The notes under the pieces are model-generated. The model saw only the letters and a program-made list of their open reading frames with translations. It searched no databases and was not told the DNA's origin. 64,000 nt of DNA from Candidatus Campbellbacteria bacterium (GTDB lineage Bacteria > Patescibacteriota > Minisyncoccia > Phycocordibacterales > EsbW-18): NCBI GenBank assembly GCA_016699465.1, contig CP064977.1, forward strand, positions 542,503-606,502. The letters are read 5' to 3'. How positions within the stretch are numbered: position 1 is the stretch's first letter; each line of letters starts with the position of its first letter. A program made the position numbers and the translations under genes. This document shows positions 8,118-18,638 of this stretch, piece after piece.

Positions 8118-10043
8118 TTACTCTATATTCTTTACGTCCATTCCTTGAGTGAGAAGTTCGTTTTGATGTTCTTCGGACCTAGATATTTTTTCTATAAGAG
8201 GTCCTTCATCGGGTACTTGTTGAGAAGTTTGGCGTGACTCTTTGAGCTCCTCGCGCGATTTTTTAAGTGCAAGAATTTGCGATGGGTCTGAGGTGATGAT
8301 TTGATCCTCTGTATATGATGCAATACTTTTTATTGCCACGTGCTTAAGACCTGCAAAGAAAATCCCTTCCCCGCGATCTGATTCAAGGAGTAAGAATTTT
8401 TCTTCATCAGTAAGATTGAATGTTTGTTGCACGAGATCAATGGATGACGGAGACTGCTTTAAAAGGATTTGAATAGATGAGTTGGTAATAATGGGAAGTC
8501 CATACGGAGAATGTAAAAAGTCGCCCACGTCTTGCGTGATGGTTGCAATACCAAGGAAATATTTTCGTCCACGCTTTGCAAGACCAAACAAGAGTGATGC
8601 TGTGTTCTCATCTTTCATCATAAGCCACGCCTCATCAACAACGAGAAGGCGTTTTTTAAGTTCTCGACGAACAGCACTCCAGATGTAGTGCGTAATCAAA
8701 TACATAGCAACAGGCTTAAGCTCGTCTTCCATATCGCGGACAGAAAAGACAATAAACTTCTTATTGATGTCTACGTTCGTTGCGTTATTGATGAAACCCG
8801 CCCACGTTCCTTTGGTGTACTTTGAAAGGCGTTGTACAAGTGACTCCCCTCCCTCCATGCCCGCAAGTACGAGTTCAAAATCAGAAAGAAGTGGCGGTTC
8901 GACTCCGGTGAAGTCGTGTTCACCAGTAATATCCTTGAGTGCATACACCTCGGTAATTGCGCGATCGATGATGGCATCTTCTTCTGGGGTAAGTCCTCCA
9001 AACATAATACGGAAAAGTCCGACGAGTGTAATAATGTTTGAACGAAGTACGTTTGCAGGTGTTTCGTCCTCACGGACAGGTGGCAAATCAAATGGATTGA
9101 TGTGGTGTTGAGACGTGAGAGAAATATCAAAATAGCGCCCACCCATTGCGCTTGCCATGATTTCATATTCACGTTCAGGGTCAATCACAATAACTTCTGT
9201 TTCAAACATAAGCGTACGCAAGATCTCGAGCTTTGTTGCGTAGCTTTTTCCAGCGCCGGCCGTGGCAAACATCACCGAGTTATAGTTTGGCATTGAAAAA
9301 CGATCGAAGAGAATAAGGCCTGAGTTGTGGCGGTTAACTCCGTACAAAATTCCTTTGTTTGATGAAAGATCAAATGATACAAATGGGAAAAAGCTCGAAA
9401 GTGGCGCGGTGTTGAGTTTGTTGTGGATACCAAGTTCGTCGGTGCCAATAGGAAGAATGCTTTTAAATCCTTGTTCTTGTTGAAAGAGTGCTGGTTTGAG
9501 ATAAATAAGACGAGATTCGAGAAGGGATCGAATCTCTGATTCAATTTTATCAAGGTCGTTTTCATTTTCTGAATAAATAGAAATGTAGAGCCCGACATCA
9601 AAAAGTTTTTCTGTTGCCTGTTGGAGTTGGTCGCGGAGTGATTCGAGGTTTTCGTAGGCACTATCAAGCATTGGGTCGCGCACAAGACCTTTTTCCTCGC
9701 GCATGTGAATTTGACTTTGTACTTCGGCAACACGTTTACGGAACTCTTTAAGGACTTGTGCGGTATCAACGGGAATAATGGAGAGTGAGAGATCAAATAT
9801 TTTATCCATATTGATAATTGGCGAGAGCCAGTTATCAGGAAGAAATCGTGGGTATGAAATAACAAAAAAGGTGCGCACTACACTGTCTCCCAAATTGAGC
9901 GCGCGCGGTGTTATCTTGAGCGCAGATGGTGCAATGACATCTTGGAGCTCAAGTACACCCGCCTCATAAATATCTTTTGGAAGCACAGGGGTAATCTGAA
10001 CGGTATCTTTCTTTTTTCCTTTGATGATATCAAAAAGTCCCAT
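8118..10043 (-). CDS. VirB4/TrbE/TraC-like type IV secretion (conjugation) ATPase
   Basis: 641 aa. Walker A FATAGAGKSYATK, Walker B LLVVDEAW, length and motif spacing of VirB4-family ATPases (Gram-positive PrgJ/TcpF-like size). Confidence 0.8.
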   Translation of the reverse strand: MGLFDIIKGKKKDTVQITPVLPKDIYEAGVLELQDVIAPSALKITPRALNLGDSVVRTFFVISYPRFLPDNWLSPIINMDKIFDLSLSIIPVDTAQVLKEFRKRVAEVQSQIHMREEKGLVRDPMLDSAYENLESLRDQLQQATEKLFDVGLYISIYSENENDLDKIESEIRSLLESRLIYLKPALFQQEQGFKSILPIGTDELGIHNKLNTAPLSSFFPFVSFDLSSNKGILYGVNRHNSGLILFDRFSMPNYNSVMFATAGAGKSYATKLEILRTLMFETEVIVIDPEREYEIMASAMGGRYFDISLTSQHHINPFDLPPVREDETPANVLRSNIITLVGLFRIMFGGLTPEEDAIIDRAITEVYALKDITGEHDFTGVEPPLLSDFELVLAGMEGGESLVQRLSKYTKGTWAGFINNATNVDINKKFIVFSVRDMEDELKPVAMYLITHYIWSAVRRELKKRLLVVDEAWLMMKDENTASLLFGLAKRGRKYFLGIATITQDVGDFLHSPYGLPIITNSSIQILLKQSPSSIDLVQQTFNLTDEEKFLLLESDRGEGIFFAGLKHVAIKSIASYTEDQIITSDPSQILALKKSREELKESRQTSQQVPDEGPLIEKISRSEEHQNELLTQGMDVKNIE

Positions 10044-10046
10044 ATA

Positions 10047-10712
10047 TTATTTTTGAAGTCCTTGAAGCACGATTGGTTTTTCTGAATCTCCAGGATTAAA
10101 CATTTTGTAATACAATTCAACGAGTTCTTCGGTGCCAAGTTGTCTGGCGCGAATACCTGTGCGCGCAAGGTTTTGTGTGACTACCCCAATTCGTTGCTCG
10201 AGTTGACTGCGGCTTTCTTCAAACGCGGTGAGTTTTTGTTCTGAATCAGCGGCTTTGTTTTTTGTACCAAACAGGCCACTCAGTGCTCCGCGAATACCGC
10301 CCTTTGATGCTGAAATAATTGCGCCAGTGTATGGTACGACAATATAAAAATATTTTGTCATGATACTGACGTTTTCAGTGAACCCTTTTACGAAATCGAT
10401 ATATTCGCGGGTTTGCATTTTAATGAGGTCAATCGTTTGCTCCTTCATTTGCTCTTCAAGAAGTGCAATGTAGGGGCGAATATCAAGTCGGCGAGATTGC
10501 ACTAGTATTTGAATGGGAAACTCAATAGAGTTGAGCATGTTTTGAAACTGCATAATGATGGCGGATTGCTCATCTTCTGATTTGAGAGCGAAGTTAAGTG
10601 ATGATGCGAGAAGTACTGAACGAAGAGAGCCGTCTTTGAGAATAACGACACCACTACGAATTTCTTTGATAGGCACGAATGCTTGTGTTGATGCAGCTTT
10701 AGGTTGAGCCAT
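10047..10712 (-). CDS. hypothetical protein, T4SS-cluster associated
   Basis: 221 aa soluble protein directly upstream of the VirB4-like gene, stop/start 4 nt apart. No family recognised. Confidence 0.5.
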   Translation of the reverse strand: MAQPKAASTQAFVPIKEIRSGVVILKDGSLRSVLLASSLNFALKSEDEQSAIIMQFQNMLNSIEFPIQILVQSRRLDIRPYIALLEEQMKEQTIDLIKMQTREYIDFVKGFTENVSIMTKYFYIVVPYTGAIISASKGGIRGALSGLFGTKNKAADSEQKLTAFEESRSQLEQRIGVVTQNLARTGIRARQLGTEELVELYYKMFNPGDSEKPIVLQGLQK

Positions 10713-10754
10713 GATATTTCTATTGTAGCCGAGAAACTGCGTCTCACCAATGGG

Positions 10755-11174
10755 CTAGCGTTGCTCTTGGTCTCCACTCAGAGCGTCGTGTACATCCAAA
10801 CTCCACGCGAGGTCACGTAATTTACTATCTGAAATGCGAGGAACGGTAATACCGGGATCTTGCTCGACTATTTCTTTTTCAGCACTTGCTTTTTTTGCTT
10901 CTTTTTTCCAAATGTAGAGTTTATGTGCGAGAGAGTACTTGAATGCTGACTCAATAACGGCAATAAAAGGCTTGTTGTTTATTTTGTAAAATGAAAGAGC
11001 AACACCAAGTGCAATGACAAGCACAATAAGAGGAAGTGCAATAAGGAGCGGTGCAAAAATCCACAGAACCGCAGAAAGCCCTACGCTACCAGCAAGATAG
11101 ATGAACTGTTTAAAAGTAAGTGGTCCAAATACTTTGTCTTCTATGTCGATAAATTGTGGAACTTCGAAACGCAT
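10755..11174 (-). CDS. PrgI/VirB3-like small membrane protein
   Basis: Start at internal Met: MRFEVPQFIDIEDKVFGPLTFKQFIYLAGSVGL... then a two-TM hairpin. This N-terminal motif and the position next to a VirB4-like ATPase are characteristic of PrgI-family proteins. Confidence 0.55.
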   Translation of the reverse strand: MRFEVPQFIDIEDKVFGPLTFKQFIYLAGSVGLSAVLWIFAPLLIALPLIVLVIALGVALSFYKINNKPFIAVIESAFKYSLAHKLYIWKKEAKKASAEKEIVEQDPGITVPRISDSKLRDLAWSLDVHDALSGDQEQR

Positions 11175-11214
11175 GGTGTTTAAAATTACAATAACAAATA
11201 TCAAATGACAAATA

Positions 11215-11619
11215 TCAAAGATTTTTTGATCGTGTTCTTTTAATAATTGATGAGAATATTCTAACCAATTCCTGTGCTTCAGTATACACCATTACACACC
11301 CATCTCGTTTTTCAGGATTAGTTACGTGCAACATATGCGCCCAGTACATTGTTTCTTTTGCTTCTTTTCGCGTAACGGAAAGTTTGTGAATAAAATCTTT
11401 TTGAGATTCCCCACAATCGGCCTCCATGTAATTTGCCCCAATACTTGTTCCTGAACGAACGATCTGCATCAACAGGGGTTTATTTATGTATGTTGGTTGA
11501 ATAGTTTTGACAAACTGTATAATGGTTTTTCCAAACCTTGATGTGCGTTGAGTTAGTGTTGGTATTTTGTAATCAGGCATACCACGTACCTTATACGGTC
11601 GAGATAAAATCCTAATCAA
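11215..11619 (-). CDS. four-helix-bundle protein (23S rRNA intervening-sequence protein family)
   Basis: ...LMQIVRSGTSIGANYMEADCGESQKDFIHKLSVTRKEAKETMYWAHML matches the conserved core of this family. Start codon uncertain. Confidence 0.7.
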   Translation of the reverse strand: MIRILSRPYKVRGMPDYKIPTLTQRTSRFGKTIIQFVKTIQPTYINKPLLMQIVRSGTSIGANYMEADCGESQKDFIHKLSVTRKEAKETMYWAHMLHVTNPEKRDGCVMVYTEAQELVRIFSSIIKRTRSKNL

Positions 11620-11664
11620 TTCAAAATTGATATTTGATATTGGATATTTGTTATTGCACCTCCC

Positions 11665-12291
11665 CTACTCCACCGGCTCTCTGTATGGGTCAATTACCTT
11701 TTGCGATACCGCGGGGCCTTCTTTAATCGTGGTTGCAGATGCTGGAATACGAAAACTTTGTTCAAGTTTTGTTTGTGCGCTATCTTTTGGAAGTGTGTGT
11801 GTTATGGATGCTGATGGTACAGAAGATGGTGTTGGTGTGGCGTGTGGTTGCCGTGGTGCGGGTTGTACGCTTGGTTGAACGATAGGGTGTGGTGTTGCCT
11901 GGATGATTGGTTGGGTTGTTGCTGTGGTGGAACTTTCTACAGATGGCGCATGTTCTCCGGTTGGGAACATCTTCATTAACGATTCTCGTACAGGGTGGAA
12001 AATTTCATTTTCCGTATCAATAACGAGCCTCTCGACAACACTGAGTGAAATGTGTAGTCGAGAAGTAAGATTTGAAACGAATGCATCTGGGTGTTCTAAT
12101 CCCAATAACACAAGCATTACTTCGTCCTCAAACATTCCCCCATCGTCAACACGAAGGCCCTCTTTTGTGATGATTTTTCGGACGCGTCCAAGCAAATCGA
12201 GTTCTGCAAAAGCTTTTCGAAGTGACTCGGGTATTTCGGTAAGTCTTTTTTTGATGATGTCGCGGGATTCTTGGTCCATATTTTTATACAC
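11665..12291 (-). CDS. hypothetical protein with Pro/Thr/Gln-rich C-terminal tail
   Basis: 208 aa. Low-complexity tail ...TQPIIQATPHPIVQPSVQPAPRQPHATPTPSSVP. Confidence 0.5.
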   Translation of the reverse strand: MYKNMDQESRDIIKKRLTEIPESLRKAFAELDLLGRVRKIITKEGLRVDDGGMFEDEVMLVLLGLEHPDAFVSNLTSRLHISLSVVERLVIDTENEIFHPVRESLMKMFPTGEHAPSVESSTTATTQPIIQATPHPIVQPSVQPAPRQPHATPTPSSVPSASITHTLPKDSAQTKLEQSFRIPASATTIKEGPAVSQKVIDPYREPVE

Positions 12292-12306
12292 TACACTTAA
12301 CGTTGA

Positions 12307-14643
12307 CTATGGTTTAAAACCAGCCGGTGCTTTTGGTGGTGGAGTTTCTGCGATTATTTCTGGTTCTTTGTTTTGCTCCATTATTTTTTCAATCTCTTTT
12401 GCAATATTCTCTGATGGTTTTTTCTCGCTTCCTGCACGTAATTTGTCCCCCGCAGTTCTCGTTGCAGAAGTGAGTCCACCTGTATATGCCTCACCAATTT
12501 TTGTCTTAGTCAGTTCATTTGCTGATTTGACTGCGTCGGTAATTTTCTTTGCAGATGATTTTAGTTCAATAAAGTTTATTATGTTTTTATCCTTGCCTTC
12601 TTTGTATCCCCTGAGGTTTGTTTCCGCTCTCTCTTTCTGGGCTTCCAGTTGAGCACGTTTTTCAGGGGTGAGGTTGATATTTTCCAACGCCTTTTCAGTC
12701 TTTTTAATGTATGCATTTTGTGCATCAATAACTGCTGAAGTAGTACTTATCAACTTCCTCTGTTCGTCTGTAAGCGCAGCGCTTGTTCGTGCAAGCTCTG
12801 TGCGTGTTTGTGAGCGACCACCCCTCATTTCAGTGAGTATATCTTGTGCCTCTCTGAGTTTTGTTTCATGCTCTGCTTGTTTATCGGTGCCCAATCCTGC
12901 TCTAAGGTTATCTTGTGCCTCTCGCACCTTTGCCTCTTGTGATGCAACCGCTTGATTCTTTCCGTACATCTCTGCTCTCTCTTGAATTCTCTTTGCACCT
13001 GCTTCACGGGAACCAACGAGACCACCCTTATTACCAACCTTTCCTAAATCAGCACCTGCCATGTCAGCGAGCCCTCCAGCAAGTCGTGTTCCGCGGGCAT
13101 CAAACGTTCCTTTTTGTGCCAAGTTTCCGGTGTATGAAAAGGTTTTGCCGATTCCACGTACCCATTTGCTGTTTGACTCAGTCATTTTGCCAACCGTAGC
13201 AGAGTTTGCTAATCTAGCACCCGCTCGTCCAAGAGAGTTGCGCGCCAAGAATGCTGTTCCTCCAAACACCGCACCACCAGCTAGTGTTGAGCCGAGTTTT
13301 GCGACACCCTTTCCAGCATCACCTGAAACAGATTTTGCGATAACAAGCGCAGAGATGAGGAGATAGATGACGATGAAGTATTTGATAAGATCGACGGCGG
13401 TGGTGCTAAGAAAACCTGTGAGGCCTGTACCGGTGGATGCAATAATAATAGACGGATTATTAAAGTTTGGATCTTTAAGGATTTCAAATACAACTAAAAG
13501 TAACGCAAAAAAGATAGGTGCAAAAAATGCCTGCCCCCAGAGTGTGTCCCACCATTTCCCTGCTTGTGATTTGAGTTGCGGTAAAAGTTCACCAATGAAT
13601 GCAATCGGGGACGTAATTATTAAAATAAGAAAAATGACCAGTCGTCCCAAGAGCATAAATGCCATAACAAGAAACATAAACATGGCAATGAGAACAATAA
13701 TAATTGCCATAATTACATCAGTTAATATACTTTTGTCAGCACTTTTTATATTAGCTTCATTTGCGATACCGTTGTCTGAGAGTTCTCCTTTCATGAACTT
13801 CATAACACCCAACTTGTCCATAAATGCACCAGAAAGACCCTGGCTTTCTTCTACTCCCAAAACTGTGCTCTTTGTATCGTATTTTTGTGTGGCGGTATAG
13901 AGTTCAAGGGTGAGGATGTTTGATGTATCAATCACAATTTTTGTGAACAACATACTGAAGTTGATCAGTAGTGCGGCGAGAATAATTTTGGGAATGAGTT
14001 TTGTATTAAAACCAGAGGACGACCACGATCCAAGAATGGTATTGATACCCACAAAGAGGAGTGCAAAGACAAATACAATATTGACGAGGTCTCGGATAAT
14101 CCCCCAACCAGCATTTATTCCAGCGCCGATCCCCCCTTGGGTGTCCATAAATGCACCCATGTGAACTATGGAGAATGAAATACTAGAATCCAAAATATAG
14201 GCAGCTATAGCAAGAAGCCATCCCAATATCTCAAGAACGATATAGAGCATCCACGCAACCAAAACTCGTGGCATGGTTATGATGTCCCAAAAATTTGCTC
14301 CACCGCCTGTTGTTGACATTGCGCCTTTTGCCTCACCGCCAATGCAGGTACTAGATGAGTTTTGCCACGTTCCACCTTTGGCACGACATTCTTCAGGAGT
14401 GCCTGGCGCAGGTGTTGTTTCTCCAGTTGGAGGGTTGGCCGGGGTTGGAGTAGGTGCAGGTGTTGTTTCATTTACTGTTGAGGTTTCGGCTCGTGCAAGG
14501 TGTGTATTGGTTGGTAGTGGAACAGATACAAGAAGAACAACCACAAGAAGAAGTGGCAGTGCCCAATGTATTCTTTTTTTAATCCCCACGAACATTGTTA
14601 CTTTTATGGTACTACATACTCTGCGTTCTGATGTACGCAACAC
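12307..14643 (-). CDS. VirB6/TrbL-like polytopic membrane protein with long coiled-coil/charged C-terminal extension
   Basis: 778 aa. Signal peptide, Pro/Thr linker, at least 6 TM segments, then a Lys/Glu/Ala-rich hydrophilic tail. This architecture is typical of T4SS inner-membrane channel proteins. Assignment by architecture only. Confidence 0.5.
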   Translation of the reverse strand: MLRTSERRVCSTIKVTMFVGIKKRIHWALPLLLVVVLLVSVPLPTNTHLARAETSTVNETTPAPTPTPANPPTGETTPAPGTPEECRAKGGTWQNSSSTCIGGEAKGAMSTTGGGANFWDIITMPRVLVAWMLYIVLEILGWLLAIAAYILDSSISFSIVHMGAFMDTQGGIGAGINAGWGIIRDLVNIVFVFALLFVGINTILGSWSSSGFNTKLIPKIILAALLINFSMLFTKIVIDTSNILTLELYTATQKYDTKSTVLGVEESQGLSGAFMDKLGVMKFMKGELSDNGIANEANIKSADKSILTDVIMAIIIVLIAMFMFLVMAFMLLGRLVIFLILIITSPIAFIGELLPQLKSQAGKWWDTLWGQAFFAPIFFALLLVVFEILKDPNFNNPSIIIASTGTGLTGFLSTTAVDLIKYFIVIYLLISALVIAKSVSGDAGKGVAKLGSTLAGGAVFGGTAFLARNSLGRAGARLANSATVGKMTESNSKWVRGIGKTFSYTGNLAQKGTFDARGTRLAGGLADMAGADLGKVGNKGGLVGSREAGAKRIQERAEMYGKNQAVASQEAKVREAQDNLRAGLGTDKQAEHETKLREAQDILTEMRGGRSQTRTELARTSAALTDEQRKLISTTSAVIDAQNAYIKKTEKALENINLTPEKRAQLEAQKERAETNLRGYKEGKDKNIINFIELKSSAKKITDAVKSANELTKTKIGEAYTGGLTSATRTAGDKLRAGSEKKPSENIAKEIEKIMEQNKEPEIIAETPPPKAPAGFKP

Positions 14644-14649
14644 TGTGTA

Positions 14650-16398
14650 TTATGGTTGAATTCCTTCGCCGACATACGTCATTTCAACATTCAGATTTGA
14701 GAATTCCCATCCAGGTCCAAGTTTTACTTGGTATTCTCCGTTATCATCAGTTACTCCTCCAATGCTAATGTGGAAACTTTGGTTGTTGTTTTCAATAACA
14801 TCAGCGGTTATTCCATCCCATGCGCTCGCAATAATATCGTTCCCTGACTTTATATCTACACCAGCAACTTTTTCAAGTGTGTCGTAGGTATATTCTATAT
14901 GAAGCGTATCACCTACTGCAGGTTCGAATGAAGTTTGCGTTTCTTTGCATGCGCCCGCCAGGTGTGCTTGTGTGACAAGTTTACTTCCATCGGCTCCTTG
15001 AATTTTTAATCCGACTTCTCCGATGAGGTTGTTCCACCACTTATCTCCACGCGCAAGATAAAAGAGTTCGTGGAAGTTGTAACTACCGTCTATGTTGGTA
15101 AACTCTCCAACTTTGACATCAAAACCAACAATTACCTTTGTGTATTTTGTGTCCGTACTCTCATCGCCAAAGTAATAATCACGAACAGTGTCGTCTGCGG
15201 TTGTGGTGAAGAACGTTCCGTTTTCTGAATACGAGATTGGGTCCCCTGCTCCGGATCCGTTGCCATCTTCTGCGGTTGCCTGACATGAGGCACCAATACC
15301 TCCGGTACCATCAGGAATTTCTGTTGCGGAAGGAAGGTTTGCTGGGAATTTGTCGTTAGCGAAGTCGGCTGGGTCGTATCCTGCAAGTCCTTTTTCGCCC
15401 AAGAGAACGTCACGAATGAGGTATGCCATGATGGCGGTAATCATTTCGTTGAGTTCGTCTGCAAACGAGAGACGGTCCATTTGCAAACCTGTTGATTTTG
15501 CAACTTGTTCTTGAATGTATGAGCCAGGAGTCACCGTCCGTTCCGGGTCACAACTTACAGTTCCTTGAGGTGGGCCTTCTTGCGTTTCGTCATATGGTGC
15601 TGGTGGCCCCATACCATCCGCAGGTGTTAGATAACAATCTTGGACTTTTTTAGATAAAAATCCACTTCCAAGAGAAATATCTTTTGTTTGTTCTCCAGCG
15701 GCGTTGATGAGTCGTATCTTTATTTCCATATCAGACTCAAGGTATGCACCATACGGGTTGTTGTATGGGTTGCTTACCATTTCTACCCACCCGTTCCATC
15801 CTCCGGCGTTAAAATCACCGTTCATAAAGTCATCAATGTTGCTCACCGCTCCTGTGAGAGAACACTGAGATGTTATTCGCCCGCTGTTTTGTTGGTATGA
15901 CCGCATCAGTGCAAGTTGAATCTGTGCTTTAAATGGTGAACAGAGGAGGGGGGCTTTTTCGAGAAGGAGTTGTCCCATAACGGCATCTGCGGTTTGAAGC
16001 ATGTGCTGACTAACATTTGTGACGAATACAGGATTTCCTTCAAAACCACTCTGTGCCCAGACGGTAATACTCTTTATCATGTCTTCAATAATAGTATTGA
16101 CCACTTGATAGAGAATGCAGTCGATGGCTTTCTTAACACCGGTTGAGGCCTCTGATCCAGGAAGTGTTGCTGCCGGCATAAGTGCGACTCCTGCAGAAAT
16201 ATATTTCATTGCGGTTGCGACAACAACACATGAGGCAGCTCCGGCGACAAAACCTTTTCCAAGCTCACCAAGTTGAATTCCACCGGCGGCCTCTAGCCGT
16301 TGTATTTTAAGGCCAGTTGAAAGAGAGAGACTGATGGGCATCACCACAAAAAGTGTGATAAGGAAGAGTGTGAGTAGTTTTGTACAAAAAGAGTTCAT
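14650..16398 (-). CDS. membrane-anchored secreted hypothetical protein (N-terminal TM, large extracytoplasmic domain)
   Basis: 582 aa. N-terminal TM LLTLFLITLFVVMPISLSL. No catalytic motif recognised. Confidence 0.5.
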   Translation of the reverse strand: MNSFCTKLLTLFLITLFVVMPISLSLSTGLKIQRLEAAGGIQLGELGKGFVAGAASCVVVATAMKYISAGVALMPAATLPGSEASTGVKKAIDCILYQVVNTIIEDMIKSITVWAQSGFEGNPVFVTNVSQHMLQTADAVMGQLLLEKAPLLCSPFKAQIQLALMRSYQQNSGRITSQCSLTGAVSNIDDFMNGDFNAGGWNGWVEMVSNPYNNPYGAYLESDMEIKIRLINAAGEQTKDISLGSGFLSKKVQDCYLTPADGMGPPAPYDETQEGPPQGTVSCDPERTVTPGSYIQEQVAKSTGLQMDRLSFADELNEMITAIMAYLIRDVLLGEKGLAGYDPADFANDKFPANLPSATEIPDGTGGIGASCQATAEDGNGSGAGDPISYSENGTFFTTTADDTVRDYYFGDESTDTKYTKVIVGFDVKVGEFTNIDGSYNFHELFYLARGDKWWNNLIGEVGLKIQGADGSKLVTQAHLAGACKETQTSFEPAVGDTLHIEYTYDTLEKVAGVDIKSGNDIIASAWDGITADVIENNNQSFHISIGGVTDDNGEYQVKLGPGWEFSNLNVEMTYVGEGIQP

Positions 16399-16407
16399 GA
16401 AAGAGTG

Positions 16408-17421
16408 TTAGTACATGGTAACAAGTAAAAAGCCGTCTTCCAACTTTGTGTAGGTAACCCTTTTTGAAACAAGGAATGATTTAATGTCGCGCAATTTTGA
16501 TGTTGTTGCCTCAATGTTTCCTTGATATTTTTGTAATACAGGAAGAACAGTCACTGAATCTGCCGAAAGATTCTCAAGGCGTTCAAGTATAAGTGTGTTT
16601 GTTTGTATGCCGTTCATGAAAGCAATATATGTTGGAGCAATCTCTTTTGGTACGGGAATAGAGCGAAGTCTGGCGAGTACGATTTTGTAGTGTTCAATAA
16701 CAGGTGCAAGTTTTTTGAGAGATGATACCGCGCCGGTATTTACAAATTCGGCAAGTGCAAAAAATTCATTATTTTGTTCAGACGAGGTGACCTTAAGTGC
16801 TCCAGCAACGGCATTTCCATACGCATGTAGTTGCTCGGGGGTTGCTTGAGAAATAATCGTAAGGTCGCTCAACTGGACCATTTTTTGATCGAGATTTGCT
16901 GGTGTAACGATGGCGTTGCCTAAAAGTGCTGCTACTTGATTTGCGTCATCGGTAGTAAGTGGAACTCCGGCGTTTTTAAAGGCAATAACTTGTTCAAAAA
17001 GTGCTCGAGAAAGGGCGTCGGTTTTGGTCAGGTTTTTATTTTGTTCAAAAAAGGAAAATAAACTACTTGTTGCCGAACTCACGATTTCCTCCTTTGTTTT
17101 TTCTGCGGTTGCCTTTTGATTTTGTACATAGGCAAAATCACTAACACCATCCCCATTTGAATCGCTCTTGGTAGGATCGGTTCCCCAGAGTGACTCCTCC
17201 CAATCTTTAAGGCCATCTGCATCAGAATCTGTTTCACTAAACGTCGTGCGAGTAGCCGTTGAGTTATTTTTGGGTGTGATGGTTGATTCCGAAGTAGGCG
17301 GGTGTGTTTTTAGGACAATTGTGGCAACAATAATCGCAATGGCAATAATACCAATAGCAAAAACGCGTTTGCCTGGTTTGTGTAACGTTAATTCTGATTC
17401 CATACAATGAAAAGTAAACAC
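16408..17421 (-). CDS. membrane-anchored hypothetical protein with Asp-rich calcium-binding-like repeat
   Basis: 337 aa. TM near N-terminus. SETDSDADGLKDWEESLWGTDPTKSDSNGDGVSDF resembles thrombospondin-type-3 / DxDxDG calcium-binding repeats. Confidence 0.5.
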   Translation of the reverse strand: MFTFHCMESELTLHKPGKRVFAIGIIAIAIIVATIVLKTHPPTSESTITPKNNSTATRTTFSETDSDADGLKDWEESLWGTDPTKSDSNGDGVSDFAYVQNQKATAEKTKEEIVSSATSSLFSFFEQNKNLTKTDALSRALFEQVIAFKNAGVPLTTDDANQVAALLGNAIVTPANLDQKMVQLSDLTIISQATPEQLHAYGNAVAGALKVTSSEQNNEFFALAEFVNTGAVSSLKKLAPVIEHYKIVLARLRSIPVPKEIAPTYIAFMNGIQTNTLILERLENLSADSVTVLPVLQKYQGNIEATTSKLRDIKSFLVSKRVTYTKLEDGFLLVTMY

Positions 17422-17426
17422 ACCAC

Positions 17427-18638
17427 GTGTTGTCGTTCTCCATTCTACGCTATACTATGCGTATGTCTATGCAAAAAAATATTTTCCTGTGTATAGGTAT
17501 GTGCGTCGGTATTTTTTTGACACCACTTTTTTCTAATGCATCAACGGAACTATTTTTTCGTAACTTAACCATTGGTGATTCCGGCTCTGACGTGGTGCAG
17601 TTACAGGTTTTTTTAAATCAAAATTCGGCAACTAAGATTTTGGGAACAGGACCAGGGTCTCCAGGAAAAGAAACGACATATTATGGCGCACTGACAGCCG
17701 ATGCGGTACGGCGATACCAAGAACTGCATTCCCAAGAAATCCTTGTTCCATATGGCTTAAAATCGGGAACGGGTGTTTTTGGTGCGGGAACACGCGCACT
17801 TGTGGGGCTTTCTGTTGGTCTTGGGCAAGGTAATGTGTCCATGGGTGTATCTCCACAACAAACAACCCAAACTAAGGATTCTGGTACGGGTGGTACGAGT
17901 ACATTTAGTGGCATGGTCAAGCCGGTTGTTGTGGATACAGCGGTAGATCCTGACAAAAAGACGAAGGAGCTATTTACCAGCATTATGACAAAAGCTAAGC
18001 CGTCTATTATTTCTCAAAAACAAATAGATGAGGCAAAAAAAGACACGCAGGTTATTTCTGAAACAAAAATAACCCCACCAACGACGCAGGCAATACTAGA
18101 TCTTGAACAAAAACAAAATGAAAAAAATGCAGAACTGTTCATCACACTTCTTCAAGAAGGTGGATATCTAAAAGATATGGATGCAAAAGTACAAGATGCG
18201 GTTAAAAAACAGATTCGTGAAAACTCCAAGAAGGATATTATGTCTCTGGTGAAAGCTACTGAAGATGTTGCGTGGAAAATTCCAGAGGTGCAAAAACCAA
18301 CGACGCTTTTGGCTGGTTTTGGGGATTCTCTACTGAGTATGTTTCGACCAAAACAAGCTGATGCTTTTGCTATACCGATTTTTGGAGGGTATGTATACTA
18401 CCGTTTTTTGTGTACCGCAAGCGGAACGTGGGCAATTGTTGTTGGGTTACCTATGCCGGCATGGCTTGGGTATACGTACGTTCAAAAGTTTGCCTACTGG
18501 CAGATGCCTTTTGCCCTTATAACTGCGGGGTGGTATACGCCAGGAGTTCAGACGTGTTACTTCCAAGCGGGCCCGTACACAGTGTTGATTCCAACGATGG
18601 GAGTGATGACCTTCTTTATGGGGTCTTCATTACCGTAG
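17427..18638 (+). CDS. peptidoglycan-binding domain protein (PG_binding_1-like N-terminal domain), possible cell-wall remodelling factor for the secretion cluster
   Basis: 403 aa. Signal peptide. ...GDSGSDVVQLQVFLNQNSATKILGTGPGSPGKETTYYGALTADAVRRYQ is a typical peptidoglycan-binding domain. C-terminal Cys/Trp-rich domain of unknown function. Confidence 0.55.
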   Translation: MLSFSILRYTMRMSMQKNIFLCIGMCVGIFLTPLFSNASTELFFRNLTIGDSGSDVVQLQVFLNQNSATKILGTGPGSPGKETTYYGALTADAVRRYQELHSQEILVPYGLKSGTGVFGAGTRALVGLSVGLGQGNVSMGVSPQQTTQTKDSGTGGTSTFSGMVKPVVVDTAVDPDKKTKELFTSIMTKAKPSIISQKQIDEAKKDTQVISETKITPPTTQAILDLEQKQNEKNAELFITLLQEGGYLKDMDAKVQDAVKKQIRENSKKDIMSLVKATEDVAWKIPEVQKPTTLLAGFGDSLLSMFRPKQADAFAIPIFGGYVYYRFLCTASGTWAIVVGLPMPAWLGYTYVQKFAYWQMPFALITAGWYTPGVQTCYFQAGPYTVLIPTMGVMTFFMGSSLP